From positions 33,480,001-33,544,000 of the forward strand of contig OZ260667.1 of assembly GCA_965285935.1 (NCBI GenBank): a stretch of DNA of 64,000 nt. The letters are read 5' to 3'. The notes beneath the pieces were generated by a model. That model was not told the origin of the DNA. It saw only the letters and a list, made by a program, of their open reading frames with translations, and made no database searches. This document shows, piece by piece, positions 14,733 to 23,499 of this stretch (position 1 is the stretch's first letter; each line of letters begins with the position of its first letter). The translations under genes and the position numbers were made by a program. Source of the stretch: Ophelia neglecta (lineage: Eukaryota).

Positions 14733-15371
14733 ATGGAATTCCTTGAAACAAGTGTCCACGAGGTGCATGGTGATGATGTATCGTATTCCTGCGATGAATG
14801 TGATTTTAAAACGCCCAAGTTGTCCAATCTGAAGAGACACTGCTGCCGCATGCACGGCGAGAAAGTACATGGTTGTACACAGTGTGACAAAAAGTTCGCT
14901 CTCAAATCAGATGCCATTTATCACAGTGCGGCACATACAAGAAGTTACCTCTGCAGTTCCTGTGGGAAAGGGTATGCTAGCAAACATGGTTTACAAGCCC
15001 ATATGGACACTGTACATTCATCTGCGGGTTTGAGGTGTAAACTATGTGATAAAACATTTGCGTTCCAGTGCCAACTAAAAGACCATATCAATGCTCACCA
15101 TGAAATACTCATGCACTCATGCCAATTTTGTAATAAAAAGTTTGCAACGAGGTCATCTGTGTGTAATCATCGGAAGATTTGCCACAAAAATCCAAAGAAA
15201 GAAATTCATCCTTGTTCCAAATGTGGGAAAAAGTTCAGTTCCAAGGAATATCTACGGAAGCATGACATTGGTAAACACAGCCTCAAACAGTTTCGCTGCC
15301 CATTTGAGGATTGTCAGGAAGTGTTCAACTGGCCACAAGGTCTCAAAAAACATAAAAAAAAACACACATAA
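14733..15371 (+). CDS. Seven-finger C2H2 zinc-finger protein (212 aa), element-encoded
   Basis: Seven Cx2-4C...Hx3-4H units: CDEC, CTQC, CSSC, CKLC, CQFC, CSKC and CPFEDC. The ORF track starts at 14649, but a splice acceptor (ttttttggcatttcag, ending 14728) lies just before the in-frame ATG at 14733 (MEFLETS), which I take as the true start. Confidence 0.9.
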   Translation: MEFLETSVHEVHGDDVSYSCDECDFKTPKLSNLKRHCCRMHGEKVHGCTQCDKKFALKSDAIYHSAAHTRSYLCSSCGKGYASKHGLQAHMDTVHSSAGLRCKLCDKTFAFQCQLKDHINAHHEILMHSCQFCNKKFATRSSVCNHRKICHKNPKKEIHPCSKCGKKFSSKEYLRKHDIGKHSLKQFRCPFEDCQEVFNWPQGLKKHKKKHT

Positions 15372-15820
15372 CATTGGACTGTATTTAAGTGTCATTACTA
15401 GGAACGAGAGTCATATATATTTATAGATAAATTCGTAGACGCATATACATAAAATGTTACCCTAATTGTTATGGCTGCTGTGCACTAAAAAGCGTGCCTG
15501 CAAGGTATCGGAAACCGGAGGCCCTATGATCAAGTTTTAAGTTTACAACGGCAGAATTGTCTATATTTTAAGTTGCGTTTCTCGTTTATTTTGACTTTAA
15601 ACTTTTTAATTCACAACTACATCTGTATTGTATTGTTCGATAGCTACTCTAGTAGAAGTTTAAGCCTTATACTTTTGTCTTATTGGTGATTAATCAAACC
15701 AAGGATGTCTGGTATACAGCATACCACGTCTTCGTGACATATTTTTGATCATTGAGTCAGTTTTTTTTACCTTAATTGAGTTATTTACTGATTGATGTGA
15801 TATGATGAAGGATAATATAC

Positions 15821-15829
15821 TTTATTAAA
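15821..15829. terminator. Candidate bidirectional polyadenylation signal TTTATTAAA
   Basis: Reads AATAAA on the - strand (15821-15826) and ATTAAA on the + strand (15824-15829), midway between the two convergent stop codons. Confidence 0.3.
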
Positions 15830-16287
15830 TGGTGCTTAAAATATTTAGAATCATTAGGTACAAGCTTTTTAAATGTATTATCAAATCACAGACCACTATC
15901 ACTGACCGGTGCAGTGTACTTCCCTTCGTAAAAACGCATATTGTGTTCACATTATAGAAGTTGAATGCACAAATACGAAGAAGACAGGTCATTTCGAGAA
16001 AGCATTTACTAGTACAATTGATTAACAAGACTTATATATAATCGACAGTATTAACATTAAAGTTTGTTCAGGAATCGATAATTCGAGCCATGTGCTTTTT
16101 TATGATGTTTTTTTTTTGACAATGTTCGTTCAGCAAAATAAAGTTTGTTCATAAGTTGTGTTATACAATAAAATGGAAAAATGTTCTACTTCTTCTCATA
16201 TTACATGTTAACAAATATGTATGTGCTATCAAGCCGGCGTATCTTCACAGAGAAAATCATATCCACCGGGTTTTCACTTGGACCCAC

Positions 16288-16444
16288 TCACACTCTTTGG
16301 TGAGACATAAGTTTCGACTCATCGGTCTTATAATACTGCCGGACTCCACGAGCGCCTCTAGACGGGGAGTCCGGCCCATGTATCCTGGAAGACTTTCGCT
16401 TCTGTTGACGCTGCGAGCGCTCCTTCTTGTCAAACATATGATCC
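16288..16444 (-). CDS. Transposase-exonuclease fusion, last coding exon (basic C-terminus)
   Basis: Strong acceptor tttcctttcttttaacag|G. The phase-2 join gives R-DHMFDKKERSQRQQKRK...YYKTDESKLMSHQRV*. The five exons total 4,674 nt, a multiple of 3, giving 1,557 aa. Confidence 0.65.
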
Positions 16445-16551
16445 CTGTTAAAAGAAAGGAAATCTAGTTCACTTGTTGGTAATGTACATTTCTGCATACA
16501 AATAAATTAAAAATTCATTTGAACAAAATGGAATTAAATTGGGATTAGCAC

Positions 16552-16689
16552 CTGACAGCAATTTGATTGATGCACAAGGGGTCAATTCTACCACACGCTT
16601 GCTCTTGGGATTGTGCCGTATCCATTGGACCTGTCAAAGTGTCGTGTTGTGGATAGACTCGCTTTTTTGAGGTCATCAAAGAAAATTTT
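16552..16689 (-). CDS. Transposase-exonuclease fusion, coding exon 4
   Basis: Branch-like CTAAT plus acceptor tttcattgcag|. The phase-2 join gives LDPNR-KFSLMTSKKRVYP. Donor AG|GTGCTA at 16551. Confidence 0.65.
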
Positions 16690-16775
16690 CTGCAATGAAA
16701 TACATTAGTAAATACGTTTTTTGTGTTAGAGCAACAGCACAAGTCAGTTAGTTAATCTCTGTACGAAAATAGTAC

Positions 16776-19593
16776 CTGTTTGGGTCCAAACGCATGTGTA
16801 TGATCTCACAAGCACTGCTGAGTGCTGGTTTAATCTCGTGTGGCTGAAGAACCCCAGAACCAGAGGCATGCAAATCCTGAAAGGTGCTAAAAAAGTGTTC
16901 GCCGTCAAGGCTACCTATAGCACGAGCATTGTACGACTGCTTGTCTAGCAAACCAAATAATTGTATGCGCCTTTCAATCCCAGTTAACAGACCCTCGTAT
17001 AACACCACTGGGATGTCCTTAACGTGACTGGTATTGGGGGGAAAGTGGCTGAAATCAACGTCTCGGAGAAGCCATGCTTTAAGATCCAGCAACCACTCTG
17101 TTCTCTGTGTGACTGAAATTCCGGGACTATCAACAGATGCATATGCATGCCTTATGAGGCGACAAAATTCTGCTTCCTCAAAATCACCATTACGTGACAT
17201 AGCCTCTTCCACTTCTTCAGTGAATAGGGCTGACGCGAATTCAGGAGATTGTTTGTCAACCGTGCAGTCTTCTACAATTGTCCTCTGGAGAATGTGTTTG
17301 GTTTCACTGCTTTCTGCCACCCTAAGCCATGCGGATTTGTATATGTTCGCCTTCTGCATTCCATTCTTGCAAATCTTTGATCTGAATCCAGTAAATTGGT
17401 GATAAAAATCTAAAATGAACAGGCTGTACTCAGCTATGGAGGGTATGTATTCCGGCCTAGAATACCAGTGAATGGGATTGTATTGAGAGTTTATTCCCTC
17501 GATGATGATGCCATCTTTGAAAGGAAGTGAGGCTTTCCAGTCCTGCAAGGTTTTGTGCCAAGTATACTCTGCCCAAACTGCACCAAGTTCGTCCTTCGGT
17601 AGTTTCTGCAACAAACTTTTTAGTACATCACATACTCTATGTTTTCTAATCTTATTTTCTGAGCTTTTCAATCTCGAAGAATCTCCGTATTGCAATGACA
17701 GGAAGTTACATATGCCTTTCTTGTCATTCTTTGATAGCTTGAAGCCATTTGCTCTAATTTCATCCAACACAGGATCAACTATCTTCTGTAGGTCATTCAA
17801 AGTGTACATTTCATTTATGCTTTCAGCTGTGCGTAAGGACATCTCAAACATGTCAAAACTGTCAGCCAGCACAAGTTTCTTCTCCAAGTTACGTTGCCGA
17901 CGACTAGGCTGTCTTGACTTAAAATCACCTGAGAACGAATTCCACATGCTTAAAAGATGTTTTTGTTGAAGATGAAAATGTTGCTCATCACTACCTTCTT
18001 GCTGGTTGGTGTTGTTACCTGTGACATCATCTATATTTTCTTCCACATTTGCCTGTTCAGCGTCTTCACAAATTCCTAGGCTATCGCCGAATGATGAACC
18101 TTCAGGGGCAGTATCCACCCAATTGGCAGTTGATACGGCTGAATATTGATCTTGATCTGTCTGCATCAAATAATCCACTAGATGATCATTTTCCACCAAT
18201 ACATCCCCAAGGTCTGTTTGTAGCTCATTCTCGGTTTCATGGTTGCTTGTCATGGTTGGTTCTAATGCTTTTTTTATACTAGACCCAAGCTTAATACGTT
18301 TCATCAACGACTGTACTGATGGTTCTTGCCAAAATGGAGAGGTGTCTCCATTTGCGGTCGGGATGGCGAGGATGCCGGAAGCCATGATCACTCGTGGTTG
18401 ATCACCAGACACCTCTGTCTTTAGATCAAATTGGTGTTTTGTCGCATGGGCTTGAAATATGTCCACAATGTTCAGAACTAATTTAGTCTTTTGCTGGGAT
18501 TTAACATCTTTGTAGTGATCTTTCTGTAATTGTAATATGGTCAAAGGCTGGTTTTGTGAGTCTCTCAGAGCAAGTTTTGCCCACTGACCATCTGAACAGC
18601 TGACTGGGACATAAATGCCTGCATGGTGCATTTTTTGCAGAATTTCATAGTGCATGGCTCTCATCTTATCCGCTGACAATGAATACCCTTTCAGTGCATA
18701 TCCCACAGGGAGTGCATGTGGTGCCTCAGGATTAAAATATCTATCCAAATCGCTTGCTACCCAAAGCAGAACCTCACTTGGTTTCTCCTTCGTTCGTAGG
18801 TATGCTTCTTTTACTATCATCAGACTATGCTCACAAAGCTGTCGCAACTTTACCAGTTGAAAGGTATCTTTGCGGTCTTGTTTATGACGTGAATGGTGCC
18901 AGATTTGGCCTGAAGATGTTGAATCATGTGCACAGGGAACTGCCTGAAGGGAAGGGACTTCACAAATAAATTTCACGTTTGTTTTCATAAAATGCTGACA
19001 TGCTCTCTTCAGTTCAACAGATGACGATGGGAACTTGGTTGGTCGTCTTGCTGATGGCGAACCATAAATATCAATGCCCAGTTGAATGATTTGCTTGGTC
19101 AATTCCTCATCGAAATGAATTTCCAGCACGGTTGATGACTCTTTGCTCCAGGAGACGTATAGTAGTTTTTTTGTGTCTGTTGCAGCCATTTCAAGCAGAA
19201 CTTGACAAACATACCTCTCCGGCAGCGTGTAATGGACGTCTGTCGTGAATCTTTTCCCAGGATAGGGACATTTTATTTCCACTGAAGTTGCTTCACATGT
19301 TATATCACTTGGTCTTATGTCACCATCTGGGCTCACAATGAGGAATGGAGCTTCATCTACTTCTGCAAGTATTGTACAACCCTTTTCAAAGAACACGCTT
19401 CCTGCTTGGAGCGAAGGTATTATTTTGCATGTCAAGGTCGCAACAGCATCTAACTCATGATGAGTTCCATAGTCAAGTAGCTTCTGAACATCTTCTGTAA
19501 ATGGGGCTTTTGGTTTGCCATGCATCACGCTGTCGAAGTGTTCCTTCATGTCGTTCAATTTCCCTAATCCAAGTGCCGAGTATGCAGTGCTGC
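16776..19593 (-). CDS. Transposase-exonuclease fusion, coding exon 3 (YqaJ core, second Asp, DxxH motif, catalytic Glu)
   Basis: Acceptor tctatttcag|GC gives ITG-STAYSALG in frame. YqaJ motifs: YGTHHE, SPDG, VEIKCPY, YVCQVLLEM. P-transposase-like motifs: LPVGY, VSCSDGQ (D at 18592-18590), ILDFYHQFTGFR (D at 17410-17408), DKQSPEFASALFTEEV, EAEFCRLI, SLDGEHFFSTF (E at 16900-16898). Probable donor AG|GTACTA. Confidence 0.88.
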
Positions 19594-19827
19594 CTGAAAT
19601 AGAAATACATTCACCTTTTCAATTATTTAAGAAAATTGATCACACTCATTTTTGGCTGTTCCTCCTGCTATTGACAATACGAGGGGCAACAGGGGGAACA
19701 GTGATTTGTCACTAACGGTGCCTCCTTGGTAAATATGACATCATATAAAGAAAACGAATGATTGGTCACTTTTATATAAGGGCAACAGTGACTACATACT
19801 GCAAAATCATACACTATGTTTTCTGAC

Positions 19828-20439
19828 CTGTAATTTTTGCTTTCTTTCGCAACTGGAACCAAGGTTGAGATCGTTGTTTTATGAGTTCAGGATCTGTCTG
19901 TGATTCGTCATTGGCAAGGCACACATAATTACCTTGGTGCAGCATACTGATAAAGCCCTTTCCTTCTTGGTAATTCTCATCATTTTGCATAATTGCTGCA
20001 GCATGCAAACACGTATCAATAGTGTCCATTGCTTGCTGCACACATGCATCTATTTGCGCAAGAGCTGTTCTCAAGGCGCTGATGATGTAACTGTATTTGG
20101 GGTTGTCTTTTTTACATTTCTCAGCTTCTGCCTTGTTCATGGACTCCCATTTGTCTAAGCACAAATTTTTTTTCACCTTAACCTCTCTCAGTTCCTTAAC
20201 TCGGACGCTTAATATATGGACAATTTGACGGCAGTCTTCAATCAATTTCTTGTTGTTGACTTCCTTAATGTCAATTCTTCCCATCTTGATTTCATAATCG
20301 CACTGTTCCATAACACATGATATCGATTTCGCTTCGATGTCTAGTCTTTCTTCTTTTTCTTGGAGAGTGGGCGGTCCTTCGTGGCCAAATAAATTTACCA
20401 CTGCATCTTTTCCTTTGGTGCAGGTATTTATTTTTTTAC
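19828..20439 (-). CDS. Transposase-exonuclease fusion, coding exon 2 (coiled-coil-like region and start of YqaJ domain)
   Basis: Acceptor acattttag|GT joins in frame to give LCFDG-KKINTCTKGKDAVVNLFGHE. It ends QRSQPWFQLRKKAKITG at donor G|GTCAGA (phase 1). Confidence 0.85.
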
Positions 20440-20537
20440 CTAAAATGTAATTGAATTATTATAAAATTAGATACTGATTGTTTAATAATACAATCATTAG
20501 GATGTCTACTATATTATATTATTTGTCGGGTACATAC

Positions 20538-21486
20538 CATCAAAGCAAAGTTTGTGAGGTTTGGTCTTGTCCAGTAATCGAGACATAGGCTCCATAAAAC
20601 CAGCTTCCATGTCTGCCATAAATGGTTCTTGTTCCAATACACCCTTGATGGGTACAGCAAAGTTTATTCGACTCTTTGAAGGGTCGAGGTGGTCTTCCGG
20701 TGAAGTGCCCTGACCAGTGTTTTTTTGACCACTCATAAAGAACAGGAATTTTCGTTTAAAAAGCTTGAAGCCTGCCCTCCAGAATGCCTTAACCTGTTCA
20801 TCGTATCTCATTTGTGAAGTTTTGTTCACACTAAAATAGTCAACAACATCCAAGAAAAGAAGGTAACTTATATTGTTCATCGGCAGCTTTCCTGAGGAAA
20901 CAAGGTAGAATAGTTTATTCCATCGCATCAATTGCCCATGCTCTTTAAGTTTGTGTAGAACGTCGGGTAATAAACTCTGCATGCGATTTTCAACTGATTC
21001 AAATTCTTCCATGTCGTCCACTTCAGGATAATATTCAGTGTTATCAATAGGTGAACTATGCCCTTTTAGCTCATCTTCATTTGTAATATTCAAAACCGAA
21101 AAGCTTGCTTCAAGACAATCTTTCTCTGCGCTGCTGAACAAAGCCCTCTTAGCACTTACTGATGAATTGTCACATTTGCCTTTTTTCTGTGCAGGGCTTT
21201 TAGATGGTGTTTGAACTGCCCTGAGCTGAATCTCGTCAGTAGAAATCACAATTTCATTGCCGCTTTGATGTTGGTGCAGAGGCACAATATTCGAACCGTT
21301 TACAGTTATAATTTTTGAAATCATGACACTCTGCCCCGTTTTAGGGTGAATCCCAAACTCGCGGATTTTCATGGGTTTTGTGCCATGACTCTCAATGAGA
21401 TGTGAAGCTAGATCTTTGAAGGTTGTTGGCCCATGTGGACAATAGCCACAATAGTAAGCCCTGTTCATGTCTGGCAAAGGGTCCAT
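20538..21486 (-). CDS. Transposase-exonuclease fusion, coding exon 1 (N-terminal C2H2-like finger to first catalytic Asp)
   Basis: ATG at 21486 follows acceptor ttcttatag|GT. It encodes YYCGYCPHGPTTFKDLASHLIESH and ends KLCFDG (Asp codon 20541-20539) at donor G|GTATGT (intron starts 20537, phase 1). Confidence 0.85.
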
Positions 21487-21631
21487 ACCTATAAGAATAT
21501 AAGTTTATTGTCAGAGTATTAGCAATATCTATAGGTAAATATATATATATATATATATATATAAAACGTAGTTTTTAAACTGAAATACAAGCAGTCATAC
21601 ATTTATCAATGAAAATGAGTTTTATTGTGAT

Positions 21632-22247
21632 TCTATGGAAACATGGCCTTAAATCAGTGACTTCTAGGCAAAGGTCGAACATTTGTACGTAAAAGATCGC
21701 AAAAGAACCACTTTCTAAGCCAGGAACTGAACAGCAACAATCACAGAAAGTGCGTTGCCTTACTTTTACGTTCCCTTTACTCGGCTAGTGCCCTTTATTA
21801 CACGCGCCCCGTGCCCTTACATACACGCGCATCGAAAACTTATTTGAACGGCCAAGATAAAAAAACCGCATCATTCTAAACTGAGCAGATACCATGGACA
21901 TGTTAACAGTTATCAGTAGCTACTGTCAATTAAGTTTCAGGTTCGAAAAGTGCACCAAGCCGACAGCAACGGGAACTTAAGGTGTTATTTCTCCTAATAT
22001 CGCCCACGCTTGATGTTGCTCGAGAATTGTTCACAAATAGCTATCTCGATAAATCAAACCAGTACACAGGATTGACAACGAATTTCCTAACTTTCGTTTA
22101 ATGTATTACACAAAGACTGCCAAGCAATACATTGGTAGATAAAACAGATTCACTCACCTTGGGGTGTAAGGAAAATGATGCCGTCCACGAGGCGCGCGTA
22201 ATTGTTGGAGCTTTACCCTTACAAATTTCGCACGATGGGCTACCGTA
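21632..22247 (-). repeat. Right terminal inverted repeat (~616 bp)
   Basis: Reverse complement of 13884-14500. Similarity ends at TCTATGG (21632). Confidence 0.95.
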
Positions 22248-23499
22248 GTTTATGACAAGCCCATTCTTCTTTTAATAAACAAGTATAAAAAAAACCATCT
22301 GCAAAATTCAAATACATGTACAATTATCAATCAAGCAGAGAGTATGAGCATGTGGTGAGTTTTCAACACTCGCATAATGATTGACGTACCGGATTTTGTA
22401 CATGTATTGAACAGATCGCAGTATACATAGGGCGTGATCTTTAACTCGTTGTTTGTAACGGGCGATGCTTCAAATTGGCTCAGGGCTAGGAGTAGTGCAT
22501 GTGAGGAAGCAATCTTATACATTTTTAATGTAGCCATTTGGTCTCGGAACAAGACAGTGTTTTATAGACAACTAAAATGTAAGAACGTTAATCGAGTTAT
22601 AATTAGATGTTGTGAAATCTTGTTTTGTGTTATCTAATCTCGAGCCTGGACTTACCTATTAAAGTGCAATTTTGAAGCGTCTTCTTTCGGCTAATACAAG
22701 CTCACCTTTCAAGGACGAATTATTTGCCCAGAAGCTGTGTCATGGTGGCATATTTGCATGCATGGAAAGGATTGGGTAAAGCTTGGCGTGACATCTCCCA
22801 TCGTGTCTATTTTAAAGATAAGTTGGTCGCTTTAATCACGAAAAGGAAATAGGCTATCCTTGCACGCAGAGTCGTGCTTTCGTTGAAAATACCTGATGAA
22901 CCAAGAGCCTCGATGAGGAGAGGGCATGGCGGGCCGTCTGGCAGAGAATCAACAGCGTCACATTGACCTGCCAAATTAGACACAGTATAAGATGGATGAG
23001 GACACGAGGAGGTTTGTTACCATGCAGACAGTAGATGTGACTGGTTGCTTGACACTTAGTTGGCAGTGAGAAAAACGCTCTTTGGGGCTGCTTCAAGGAG
23101 CAGCCTGCAAAAATAACATCGTAAACGAGCCAGGCATGGTAACCACCTGGAAACGGCAATAAAAAAAGCAAGAGGGAATAACAGCCCGGCTATACTGGTG
23201 GCTGTGGATGAGGGTATTGTATTGGTGTGTACACAAAACGACTGGAAGTGTTTGTGAGTGCTGTGCGTGTCGTAATATAAGGCAGAAGAACGCCACAGAT
23301 AACGGACATGACGACTAAACGTATGCATGCCAGATGCTGGCGGCTGCCTCGTGACTGATCTGTGTCGGTGTACTGTGTGGGTCTGGTCGGGGCTGCTGAA
23401 CCCCGGCCCACCGGGCCAATCTGGCCCTAGCAGACCCGACCCCAGTCTGTCGCCCATGACACCACACACCATCATCACCTGCACGGCTATCGATTTCTC

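Larger units (their letters stand above)
13884..22247. mobile_element. Autonomous-looking long-TIR DNA transposon (8,364 bp) with a P-like transposase/YqaJ-exonuclease fusion gene and a convergent C2H2 zinc-finger gene
   Basis: The left end TACGGTAGCCCATCGTGCGAAATTTG (from 13884) is the exact reverse complement of the right end CAAATTTCGCACGATGGGCTACCGTA (to 22247). GTTTA lies directly outside both ends (13879-13883 and 22248-22252). Both internal genes have uninterrupted reading frames. Confidence 0.93.

Noticed and set aside
19050-19880. Phage/viral recombinase gene or bacterial contamination (YqaJ domain)
   Set aside because: The domain is split by a spliceosomal intron, fused in frame to transposase motifs and enclosed by TIRs with a TSD. 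No other viral genes are present.
17034-20158. Several + strand ORFs (e.g. 17034-17402, 17502-17969) opposite the transposase
   Set aside because: These are antisense shadows of the long coding exons, with no recognisable motifs.
13884-22247. ProtoRAG/Transib identity (5-bp TSD, two tail-to-tail genes)
   Set aside because: The termini are TACGG rather than CAC-heptamer-like, the second gene is C2H2 rather than RAG2-like kelch/PHD, and the catalytic motifs resemble P/THAP9.
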